A stretch of 64,000 nucleotides of DNA from an uncultured Gammaproteobacteria bacterium (GTDB taxonomy: Bacteria; Patescibacteriota; Patescibacteriia; UBA11705; DATKZF01). Position numbers and translations under genes: made by a program. The DNA is taken from NCBI GenBank assembly GCA_964411255.1, contig CAYPKD010000006.1:3097-67096 (forward strand), given 5' to 3'. Of the stretch, positions 40,671 to 48,970 are shown in pieces. The first letter of the stretch is position 1. Each line of letters starts with the position of its first letter. The notes beneath the pieces are model-generated. The model was not told the origin of the DNA. It searched no databases and saw nothing but the letters and a program-made list of their open reading frames with translations.

Positions 40671-40744
40671 AATGAATTCAAAAATGTTATGATTTATTTG
40701 AAATTACTCATTTAAATATTACCAAATATTCGCATAAAATACCA

Positions 40745-40791
40745 TAACTCGTTTTTATGTATTAAATTTAACACATAAAAACGAGTTAAGT
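40745..40791 (+). other. Palindromic attI-like recombination site
   Basis: 16-bp perfect inverted repeat TAACTCGTTTTTATGT/ACATAAAAACGAGTTA ending in G|TTAAGT core (40785-40791). Confidence 0.7.
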
Positions 40792-41786
40792 GAAATAAAT
40801 TTTGGCGCGCTACAATGAAAACCTTAATAAACTTCTTCCATTACTAATTTGTTATGACTAATGATTTAAAAAAACTGGTGGTTCAAGAATTTTCAGGAAA
40901 GAACGCTCAACTTCAATACATTAAAAAAGTAGAAGAAGGGCTGTGGATTTCTGAAGAGCATTTTTTCAAAAAATACTTCAAAAAGAAAAATGCTCAAATT
41001 TTAGATATTGGTTGTGGAACTGGAAGAACTACAATTCCTCTTTCAAAAATGGGTTTCAAAATATTTGGAATAGATATTACCCCTGCTATGATTAAAAATG
41101 CTAAGATTATAGCAAAAAAGAAAAAATTAAAAATTGATTATCGTGTGGGTGATGCTACTAATCTTGATTTCAAAGATAATTCATTTGATTATGCACTTTT
41201 TTCAAACCAAGGTTGGACACAAATTCCTGGAAGTGAAAATAAATTAAAAGCTTTGAAAGAAGCTCGTCGTGTTTTGAAAAAAGATGGAATTTTTATTTTT
41301 ACGGCACACCCACGAATTTGGTTTAGTAAGTATTTTTTCTTTTTTATCAAGCAGTGGATTAGATTTTATATTTTGAAACCCTTAGGATTTAATATAGAGG
41401 AATTGGATTATGGAGATAGATTTTTTGATAGAGAAGCCACAGACACTCAAAAAACCTACACAACCAAACAATACATCCACATCCCTTCTGTAAAAGAAGT
41501 TGAGCGTGAAATTAAGAAAGCTAGATTTAAAATTCTTGAAATTAATGGAGAATATCAGATTTCTGATAAAGATCCAAGAAAACATCCACCAGTTTTTTTT
41601 GTATGTCAGAAGTAACGCGCGCCAAAATTTACTCCTTCGCTCCATTTCATTCCACTCGGGGGACGCTGCGCTTTCGTCGTTTCACTCCTCACCCTCACTT
41701 AACAGCGATTAAGAGGAAAAATGCTCAGCCCGCATTTTTCCCAAATTTCTTCCGCTACGCTCCAGAAACTTCTCTTAATCGCGATG
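40786..41786 (+). mobile_element. Integron-like gene cassette (about 1.0 kb) carrying a methyltransferase
   Basis: Starts at G|TTAAGTGA and ends at an attC whose inverse core TCACTTAAC is its exact reverse complement. Confidence 0.7.
40854..41615 (+). CDS. Class I SAM-dependent methyltransferase (cassette-borne)
   Basis: [38 protein letters not shown]. Confidence 0.9.
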   Translation: MTNDLKKLVVQEFSGKNAQLQYIKKVEEGLWISEEHFFKKYFKKKNAQILDIGCGTGRTTIPLSKMGFKIFGIDITPAMIKNAKIIAKKKKLKIDYRVGDATNLDFKDNSFDYALFSNQGWTQIPGSENKLKALKEARRVLKKDGIFIFTAHPRIWFSKYFFFFIKQWIRFYILKPLGFNIEELDYGDRFFDREATDTQKTYTTKQYIHIPSVKEVEREIKKARFKILEINGEYQISDKDPRKHPPVFFVCQK

Positions 41787-41792
41787 TTATAG
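41695..41792 (+). other. attC-like site
   Basis: TCACTTAAC-AGCGATTAAGAG ... CTCTTAATCGC-GAT-GTTATAG imperfect palindrome with two internal hairpins. Confidence 0.72.
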
Positions 41793-41860
41793 TAATAATA
41801 TTACAATAACAATACAATATATCCAAAAATAAAAAAACAGAAAGCTTGCCTTTCTGCTTT

Positions 41861-42859
41861 TTATTCTCCTAAAAGTTCATCTACCTTTTTCATTATCAAT
41901 TCCCTACACACTTCTATACCTCTTTCAGTAAGTATATGAGGTGTATGTTTTGTACCTTTTCGCTCTCCAACCTGAGTAAAAAGAGCCTGATCTGCATGTA
42001 TTCCAGTAAACTTACGTTCCTTCATTAAAACAGTTATCATTCTGGTTGATCTGATGTCTCCAAATGGCGTTGAACCCTTATTTATGATTTGCGGAAGTCT
42101 TTCAAGTGTATAGGCTGATTCAAAACCAGCATAATACATCATTAATGCCATCTGAATTCTAGGAGCAAGGGAATTTATCCATTCTTTTGCATTAAAAGTT
42201 TCAAGCCATTCCCAGCTGTGCGGATCATACGTCATATCCGGTTCGGGTTCGGGCTCGGGTTCGGGCCTGCCGTCCGTAGCCTCGGCAAAGGACGGTTCTG
42301 GTTCATATTCAACTTCTACTAGAGCTGGATTATCTGATCCAGGTGGTTTTGGCCTGGGTGATTGCTCTTGTGAATCCACAGGTTCAGGCGGAACAAATTT
42401 TAAAACTTCTGTCTGACCACCAATCTTCACTGCTTGTACAGGATTCATACCAATTAATGTTCCATGAGAACTTTGTCCTGATTTACCGGTTGGCTTCTCC
42501 TGCGCTTCAACAATAGCCACTGGCAAGCCATCAGACTGATTTTCTTGCAAAAGCCCTGTAAATTTTACAAAACTATCATTATTATCAGTAAACCTACAAA
42601 TAGCTGCAATTGTATTTGCATTTTCAGTAAATAACGTTAAAAATCCTACCAATTCATTTGGATCAATTTTCAACCTGGATGAAAACGCCCTTGGAACACT
42701 AAGCTGTGATTCTATTAGCATTCTTTCATGGGCAGATAAATTCTCTCCCAAACAACTTTCACCTTCAGCTAATTTTGTAAAAAATTCCTTTAACTTATCT
42801 ATGATTTCAGGGCAATATATTCCTATATCATCTATCCACTTTTTGAATTCCTCGTTCAT
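41861..42859 (-). CDS. Hypothetical protein with Pro/Glu-rich linker and possible C-terminal winged helix
   Basis: Start MNEEF at 42859 after AAGGAGGG; PEPEPEPEP; ILTERGIEV. Confidence 0.7.
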   Translation of the reverse strand: MNEEFKKWIDDIGIYCPEIIDKLKEFFTKLAEGESCLGENLSAHERMLIESQLSVPRAFSSRLKIDPNELVGFLTLFTENANTIAAICRFTDNNDSFVKFTGLLQENQSDGLPVAIVEAQEKPTGKSGQSSHGTLIGMNPVQAVKIGGQTEVLKFVPPEPVDSQEQSPRPKPPGSDNPALVEVEYEPEPSFAEATDGRPEPEPEPEPDMTYDPHSWEWLETFNAKEWINSLAPRIQMALMMYYAGFESAYTLERLPQIINKGSTPFGDIRSTRMITVLMKERKFTGIHADQALFTQVGERKGTKHTPHILTERGIEVCRELIMKKVDELLGE

Positions 42860-42960
42860 TTGCCCTCCTTTTTTCAATATACACTTAACATAATACTTTT
42901 ATACTAATTACCAAGATTTGTCAACTAGAAATATGTTTAATAATTATTAAAAAAAGCAGC

Positions 42961-43185
42961 TTATGAAACTGCTTTAATTTTTGCCTGCTCAGCATCTTTA
43001 TTATGCTTATTTTGATCCTCTTCAAGTATTTGCACAAAAACCCTTTTATTTGCCCCTAAAACACTTAATAAATAACCTAAATCTGCCAAAATAATGTGAT
43101 CATAATTTATCTTATTAGCGCCAGACAAGATAACCTGAAGTGTTTCTATACATTCTGAAAAACGCTGCTTTGCAATTTGCGGCAT
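42961..43185 (-). CDS. Small hypothetical protein
   Basis: SD GAGGAGGG before MPQIAK (alternative start 43227). Confidence 0.55.
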   Translation of the reverse strand: MPQIAKQRFSECIETLQVILSGANKINYDHIILADLGYLLSVLGANKRVFVQILEEDQNKHNKDAEQAKIKAVS

Positions 43186-43323
43186 TGCCCCCTCCTCGCC
43201 CTGAAGTGAGCCTAGCTTTGTGAACATCTACTTCAGGACTCCTAATTTTACGAAACATTATTATTAATAACGAAAATCTTCAATTTTGTCAAATAAAAAA
43301 ATCCTGCAATATTACGTGCAGGA

Positions 43324-44034
43324 TTACTGGACACATTCAGTGCCAGGAAACATATAACCATCTGCAAAAACTGCTATACAAGCATCAGCTGCATCAGGGA
43401 AATACAGCACACCTTTGTTTTCATAAATATGCTCAAGAGCTGCATCAAGTCCAGGGGTGTGCTGCCTGTATCGCCTTGGTGTACTCATCGCTTCCACCAC
43501 ATCAGCAACGCACACTATTCCAGCCTCAATGGAAATATCATTGCCGTGCTTCTTTGCAGGGTAGCCTGATCCGTCCAGCCTTTCATGATGATCCCAGACG
43601 ATATCAGCTAATTTCCATGGACACCTAAATTCCTGGAGAATTTTTCCGCCAATCACAGGATGGCTTCTCATACTTCTCCATTGTCTAGCATCCAGACTTG
43701 TGCCCAGCAGAACCAGGGGCAAAATATTATGCGCAACTTTGCCAATGTCATGCAATTGAGCGCCAATTTTGCAAGCATCGATTTGATTTTCCTCAAGTCG
43801 TAAGGTAATGGCCATCTCTTTTGCAAGCGATGCCACCCGATCCTGATGCTCGCCGGTTTCAGGCTCTACTTCTCTGGTCGTTGCCGAAAGCGCAATAATC
43901 GTATCCAGTAAAAACTTATAAACTTTTTCAGGTAAAGATCCTATTTCGAGCAATCGCTCTAATTCTTCATTTCTCCTTTGTAATCTTATCACCTCAACCA
44001 ATAATTCATCTTTTGTTGCTGCGAACGGATCCAT
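43324..44034 (-). CDS. HD-GYP domain protein (cyclic dinucleotide phosphodiesterase family)
   Basis: TGEHQDRV, LHDIGK, HP..G, HHERLDGSGYP, VADVVEAM..RRYR. Confidence 0.9.
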   Translation of the reverse strand: MDPFAATKDELLVEVIRLQRRNEELERLLEIGSLPEKVYKFLLDTIIALSATTREVEPETGEHQDRVASLAKEMAITLRLEENQIDACKIGAQLHDIGKVAHNILPLVLLGTSLDARQWRSMRSHPVIGGKILQEFRCPWKLADIVWDHHERLDGSGYPAKKHGNDISIEAGIVCVADVVEAMSTPRRYRQHTPGLDAALEHIYENKGVLYFPDAADACIAVFADGYMFPGTECVQ

Positions 44035-44380
44035 CTCTCCTCCTTTCGTCAGAGAGCTCGCTTTGGTTTTTGTTTTTGGTTTTTTGTTTTGGTTTGTGAA
44101 CCTGATTTAATTATAACAGATTTTATTGAAAAAAATTATTACAAAGGGGAGAAATTGTGAATAAGTTTTAAACAATTTAAATTTTCTGATAGTATAAGAA
44201 TATGACTTATTATAGGCTATAAGACGTTGAGAAAAGAACCAAACGGAGCCTGCCTTCTATGCCCTACGCCCTCTTAAGCCTTCTCGAGCCTTCTAAATGA
44301 AAATATGGCTATATATAGACAAAAATTATTTGAATTCCAACTTACTGATTACTAATTACTCATTACTAATTACAAATTTT

Positions 44381-45625
44381 ATGTTTGATAATCTAAAAAA
44401 AATCGACCCGAAAATTCAACAATTAATTCTGGACGAAATTGACCGCCAAAATAACGGACTTGAACTAATCGCCTCAGAAAACATTGTCTCCCCTGCTGTC
44501 TTAGAAGCGCTCGGCTCACCTTTAACCAATAAATACTCAGAAGGCTATCCAAAAAAAAGATATTATGGCGGTAATATTATAATTGATCAAATAGAACAGC
44601 TGGCAATTGACCGGGCAAAAAAACTTTTCAATTCAGAACATGCAAATGTCCAGCCTTTATCTGGCGCGCCAGCGAACATTGCCGCATACTTTGCAATATT
44701 AGAACCTGGCGATACAATTCTTAGCATGGAACTTTCACATGGCGGGCATTTGACCCATGGCAGTCCAGTTACCTATATTTCAAAAATATTTAATTTTGTT
44801 CGTTATGGGATTCAGGAAGAAGGCATGATTGATTATGATCAGGTCAGAAAAATTGCTTTAGAAAAAAAACCAAAATTAATTCTGGCTGGCTACTCTGCAT
44901 ACCCTAGAGATCTGGAATATGAAAAGTTTCAAGCGATTGCTGATGAGGTGGGCGCAATGACTATGGCAGACATTGCTCATTTAGCTGGGTTAATTGCCAC
45001 TGGATTATTAAATAATCCTTGTCCAATATTTGATATAGTGACAACAACCACTCACAAAACTCTACGCGGACCGCGAGGCGGAATGATTTTATGTAAAGAA
45101 AAATTTGCCAAACAAATTGATAAATCTGTTTTCCCAGGATTTCAGGGCGGGCCGCATGAGCATCAGATCGCAGGCAAAGCAGTCGTGTTTAAAGAAGCTG
45201 CTCAGCCAGAATTTAAAACCTATTGCCAGCAAGTGTTAAAGAATGCAAAAACTTTGGCTGATGAATTGATGAATGAAGGATTTAAACTTATCACAAATGG
45301 CACTGATAATCATTTAATGCTCATCGATTTAACAAATATGAATGTTACTGGCAAGCAAGCTGAGACAGCCCTGGATGAGGTTGGCATTACATTGAATAAA
45401 AATATGATACCCAATGACGCGCGATCGCCAATGGATCCTTCAGGAATCAGGCTGGGTACACCTGCAATGACAACCAGAGGCATGAAGGAAGAGGAAATGA
45501 AAATAATCAGCCTGGCTATTGCAAAAATTGTTAAAAACATTAATAATGAACAAATTAAGATGGAAACAAAATCAATTGTTCAGGAATTAACTTCAAAATA
45601 TCCAATCTATGACAAGCTCAGCTAA
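44381..45625 (+). CDS. glyA: Serine hydroxymethyltransferase
   Basis: [51 protein letters not shown]; start MFDNL at 44381. Confidence 0.97.
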   Translation: MFDNLKKIDPKIQQLILDEIDRQNNGLELIASENIVSPAVLEALGSPLTNKYSEGYPKKRYYGGNIIIDQIEQLAIDRAKKLFNSEHANVQPLSGAPANIAAYFAILEPGDTILSMELSHGGHLTHGSPVTYISKIFNFVRYGIQEEGMIDYDQVRKIALEKKPKLILAGYSAYPRDLEYEKFQAIADEVGAMTMADIAHLAGLIATGLLNNPCPIFDIVTTTTHKTLRGPRGGMILCKEKFAKQIDKSVFPGFQGGPHEHQIAGKAVVFKEAAQPEFKTYCQQVLKNAKTLADELMNEGFKLITNGTDNHLMLIDLTNMNVTGKQAETALDEVGITLNKNMIPNDARSPMDPSGIRLGTPAMTTRGMKEEEMKIISLAIAKIVKNINNEQIKMETKSIVQELTSKYPIYDKLS

Positions 45626-46439
45626 AATAATTGACGGCAAAGTCATTGCTCAAAAATTTAAACAAGAAATACGAGATAAAGTAAAAAAAATGGACAAAAA
45701 ACCAGGTCTGGCAGCTATTTTAGTTGGTGATGACAAGGCTTCACATCAATATGTAAAATTAAAGAAAAAAGCATGCAATTATACGGAAATAAATTTTCAT
45801 AGATATTATTTTGAGGGCGACTGTACTGAGCAGGAAATAATCAAAGCAATTGAATTCTTAAATAAGGATAAAGATATTGATGGAATTCTGGTCCAATTGC
45901 CTTTGCCTGAACAATACAATGAAGATAATATTATTGCTGCTATTAAGCCAAAAAAAGATGTTGACGGCTTTCATCCTGAAAATATAAAAAAGCTGCGCCA
46001 GGGAAAACCTGAGATTATATCCCCTGCAGCTTTGGGAATTTTAGAATTACTAAAGGCAACCAACCAGCCCTTAGAAGATAGAAATATTTTAATTGTCAGC
46101 AATTCAAGGCTTTTTTCCGAACCATTAATTTATCTTTTGAGAAAAAATAATGTCAAAGCAATCGCCTCAAGCCATAAAAATCTAAAAAAAGAATGCCAAA
46201 AAGCTGACGTATTAATCGTGGCTATTGGCCAGGCAGAATTTGTTGAAAAAGATTTTATAAAAAAAGATGCTACTGTCATAGACGTAGGTATCAATCAGCT
46301 GGGTGATGAAACAGTGGGCGATGTTAATTTCTTTGATGTGGCAGACAAAGTCAGTTTTATAACTCCGGTTCCAGGTGGTGTTGGGCCAATGACAGTGGCT
46401 ATGCTTTTAGAAAATGTATTAAGACTTCACAATAAATAA
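45609..46439 (+). CDS. folD: Methylenetetrahydrofolate dehydrogenase/cyclohydrolase
   Basis: [45 protein letters not shown]. Confidence 0.96.
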   Translation: MTSSAKIIDGKVIAQKFKQEIRDKVKKMDKKPGLAAILVGDDKASHQYVKLKKKACNYTEINFHRYYFEGDCTEQEIIKAIEFLNKDKDIDGILVQLPLPEQYNEDNIIAAIKPKKDVDGFHPENIKKLRQGKPEIISPAALGILELLKATNQPLEDRNILIVSNSRLFSEPLIYLLRKNNVKAIASSHKNLKKECQKADVLIVAIGQAEFVEKDFIKKDATVIDVGINQLGDETVGDVNFFDVADKVSFITPVPGGVGPMTVAMLLENVLRLHNK

Positions 46440-46440
46440 A

Positions 46441-46590
46441 ATATCTGTCCCCCACTCAGTCATTCCTGCGTCCTGTCCTGAGCGTAGTCGAAGGAAGGCA
46501 GGAATCTAGTGAATAATCCTAAGAGATTTCTCCATTGCGTCCCGATTTCATCGGGACTCCAGTCGAAATGACAAACGGGGGGCAGATATT
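46441..46590. repeat. Nested REP-like palindromic elements
   Basis: Outer ATATCTGTCCCCC/GGGGGCAGATAT; GTCATTCCTGC..GCAGGAATC interrupted by CCTGAGCGTAGTCGAAGG; GTCCCGAT/ATCGGGAC. Confidence 0.7.
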
Positions 46591-46600
46591 TTTTTATTTA

Positions 46601-46640
46601 AAAAAGAAAGAGCTCCAAACGCGTTACGCCTGAAGCTCTT
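46601..46640 (-). terminator. Intrinsic terminator of RNA unit 1
   Basis: AGAGCTTCAGGCG..CGTTTGGAGCTCT followed by TTCTTTTT on the minus strand. Confidence 0.75.
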
Positions 46641-46643
46641 AAA

Positions 46644-46844
46644 CTCAATCAAATAGCTTGACAACTGAACAGTGACGAACATCGAGAACAAACGTTAAAA
46701 AGGGGGGCTATCCGAGATGAAGCAAAGTAGGTAGCGCGCATATAGTACTATGCAACCTCCCGGAGCTTGCTATCAACTTCTTTTCAGGGCTTGCCTAATA
46801 CTTGCCCGCTCTTTTTTCAGCTATGAGCTAACTCTTTGACTGAG
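46644..46844 (-). ncRNA. RNA unit 1: about 200-nt rod-like structured RNA (6S RNA candidate)
   Basis: Own promoter (TTGACA 46874-46879, TGn-TAATAT 46852-46857); nested stems CTCAGTCAAA/TTTGATTGAG, TAGCT/AGCTA, AGCTGAA/TTCAGTT; no ORF. Confidence 0.65.
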
Positions 46845-46946
46845 CAATACAATATTATCAAAACCTAAATTTTTGTCAAACTTTCAAAAAAACATCCACC
46901 AGCGACACTGGTGGTTTTTATTAATAGCTCCGTTCGTTTACAACAT

Positions 46947-47072
46947 CGGGGGTTTGGGGGGCTGATTGCTCCCGGAGCGATCTTAGAACTATATCGTTGC
47001 TTCGCATTTGAAGCCCCCCAATGGTTTTTGCCTACTTTTTGGCAGCAAAAAGTAGGTCGGCGCAAGCCGAAA
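46947..47072. repeat. GC-rich palindromic element
   Basis: TTGGGGG..CCCCCAA enclosing AGCGAT..ATCGTT; CCTACTTTTTG/CAAAAAGTAGG; TCGGC-GCAA-GCCGA. Confidence 0.55.
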
Positions 47073-47179
47073 TCGGTATTGCCTGAATCAGGCTCCAGGC
47101 CTGTTTGGTAAAAAATTTTCGTATCAAACGATAGAGATAATATTAAATACGTATTTCAATCGATATGTTTTTTTTCTTT

Positions 47180-47219
47180 AAAAAGAAAAGCCCTGAAACG
47201 CATTGCGTTCAGGGCTTTT
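47180..47219 (-). terminator. Intrinsic terminator of RNA unit 2
   Basis: AAAAGCCCTGAA/TTCAGGGCTTTT stem with T-run. Confidence 0.8.
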
Positions 47220-47228
47220 ATGGAAAAA

Positions 47229-47590
47229 TGGAATACGTCTGAAGAGGAAAGCTCACTTGAAGTGACCGACTCTACACGTAGAAGCTTAACAATCCGGCAA
47301 CCTGAAGGATTTACGCCAGCTATGTAGTCTTCATTGATAGAATCGAATGCAGTTCAAGTCTTGAACTTAAGGCCTTTCCTTTCCTGATCTCCGGCCTGTC
47401 GATCACAGGCTTAGGCCTCTTCATTTCCTGAAAGTCCTCTAGGTTGCACCCTCTGCTTCCAGCTGCATCTACTGGCTTCATCTAGCAAGACCCGGCCAAT
47501 CTTTCAGCAGATTATTCGCCGATGAGGGAATCTGACGAACTGCTGACAAGACTCAGTTAAGCCGTATTATTTATGGCCTGACGTATTCCA
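47229..47590 (-). ncRNA. RNA unit 2: about 360-nt ornate structured RNA, unidentified
   Basis: Perfect 11-bp terminal stem TGGAATACGTC/GACGTATTCCA; TTGACA at 47623-47628; many internal helices; no ORF of 60 aa or more. Confidence 0.7.
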
Positions 47591-47760
47591 CACAGTAATC
47601 TTTTATCATACTAATAAAACTCTGTCAATATCAATGTTTATGTATTGAAAAAGCCTTCTCTACCTCTCTGCCCTCTTTGCCTTCTTCAGCCCCCTTAAAC
47701 CTTCTTAAGCCCTCTTAATTTAAAAATTGAAAACCGCTCCAAATGTAGAAGCGGCTAAAA

Positions 47761-48260
47761 GGCAGGGTTGAGGCAGGGTTGTTGGCCATGCAATTCCGTA
47801 TCCTTAAATTTGAATGCATGACCGGGGACGAACTTCGCTACGTGCGCGGCGGCTCAAGTCCCATAGGGCCTCCTCTTTGAATTATTATCTATGGGTTTGG
47901 AGTAGGCACAGGCCTGTACCTACTAGTAAAGTTTTGTAGCGCGCACCAGTGGATCAATATTAGATCAGACTGGGCGGGGCCTTCGTCATCGGACCTCATC
48001 CCTCATCGCGGGCTTCCGGTCTTTCATGTGGCTGCGGATCAGCCAGGTATACCCCATTTCAACATCGTTTTCACCTGTACCTTCCGTTGCGAGGATAGGG
48101 TTGCCGGACTTACGGGCGTCAAGTACTCTTTGTGGCTTTTTCGGTCTCATATTATGAGAGTACTTTAAGGTGTTACTGGCTTTCAAATCACCCAACAATA
48201 TTTGAAAGCCTAAAGACCTTCTCCATTGCTGCGCCTTTCCGTATGCTCAAAGTAACTGCC
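47761..48260 (-). ncRNA. RNA unit 3: about 500-nt ornate structured RNA, unidentified
   Basis: Perfect promoter 14 nt upstream; GGCAG..TTGAG / CTCAA..CTGCC closing stems; at least 6 hairpins; terminator at about 47730-47754. Confidence 0.7.
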
Positions 48261-48273
48261 AATTGAATATAGC

Positions 48274-48302
48274 ATTATATCATACTATTAATATTTTGTC
48301 AA
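48274..48302 (-). promoter_or_regulatory. Sigma-70 promoter of RNA unit 3
   Basis: TTGACA-17 nt-TATAAT with TGn extended -10. Confidence 0.9.
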
Positions 48303-48394
48303 GAATAATATTAAAAATTTACCTAAATTTAGTCATTTTTTTAAAAAATGCAAAACCTGAGTTTGCGAAACTCAGGTTTTTTAGTCAAGCAGAA

Positions 48395-48595
48395 TCACAG
48401 CTGCTGACTTGTTTGATCTTTTTTTGAATACTCCTGAATCACCGTGCCATCAGGCAAACTTGAAATGACAGCATGCGACAGCCTCTCGCGACTCTCTAGA
48501 AGTATTCCGTAAAGCTGACGAATTGCAGATTCATCTCCTACAACATGATAGCAACCACAGGACTGAATATCAAGCGCCCATTGCAGACAAAACAT
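48395..48595 (-). CDS. Small hypothetical protein (66 aa) within the RNA island
   Basis: SD AGGAGG; perfect promoter 48650-48678; terminator AAAACCTGAGTTT/AAACTCAGGTTTT at about 48352-48380. Confidence 0.65.
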   Translation of the reverse strand: MFCLQWALDIQSCGCYHVVGDESAIRQLYGILLESRERLSHAVISSLPDGTVIQEYSKKDQTSQQL

Positions 48596-48756
48596 TTTAT
48601 CCTCCTAAACATGTGTAACTACTTTAGTTTTGGATTAACTGAATATTACATTATATCATACGTTTTTACTTTTGTCAATAATGATATTAAAAATTTGCCT
48701 TAATTTAGTTATTCTAAAAAACGAGCCCCAGTATGCAATGCATTCTGGAGCTCTTT

Positions 48757-48853
48757 GTCCAATGAGCCGGCGAGCTGCAAAGAAGCTGGGGAGATGTGCC
48801 CCAATTAAAGCAGGTAATCCCGCACTCACTCCGTTGACAGCGTCTCACTGAAC
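48757..48853 (-). ncRNA. RNA unit 4: about 100-nt multi-hairpin RNA, unidentified
   Basis: Promoter TTGACA-17-TACTAT (48860-48888); closing stem GTTCAGTGAG/CTCATTGGAC; hairpins GCGGG-ATTA-CCTGC and TGGGG..CCCCA; terminator 48716-48753. Confidence 0.6.
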
Positions 48854-48970
48854 TTAAAAATAGTACTATATCATATTTTTTTTGTCAACAATGTAAAAAC
48901 TAACAATTTATTAACTTGCCTATTACAGCTTAATTGTATAAAATAGAAAAGCATTAATCCCCACTTCCCT

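Noticed and set aside
44297-44380. N-terminal extension of glyA ([12 protein letters not shown])
   Set aside because: Translation of a heptamer repeat array; homology starts at 44381
46865-47111. Two overlapping 66-aa ORFs on opposite strands
   Set aside because: They run through palindromic repeats and a terminator and have no SD
47240-47256. Plus-strand GAAGAGGAAAGCTC resembling the RNase P GAGGAAAGTCC motif
   Set aside because: The promoter points to the minus strand, and I found no convincing matching 3' P4 strand (ACAGAA..CGGCTTA); still worth a formal cmsearch
47652-47718. GCCTTCTTAA-like degenerate tandem repeats (also 44248-44295)
   Set aside because: Low-complexity one-sided arrays without spacers; treated as part of the intergenic repeat background, not CRISPR
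47830-47857. GAGCCG..GCACGTA..GTTC in RNA unit 3 resembling group II intron domain V
   Set aside because: It does not fold into the D5 hairpin, there is no GUGYG 5' end, D6 or RT gene, and it interrupts no gene
48029-48045. ATCCGCAGCCA resembling the group I intron Q element (and AGACTAC/GTAGAGTC in unit 2 resembling R/S)
   Set aside because: P, Q, R and S are not present in order within one unit, and there are no flanking exons
47986-48198. 70-aa ORF inside RNA unit 3
   Set aside because: TTG start inside a hairpin loop, no SD unlike other accessory genes, and no recognisable protein features
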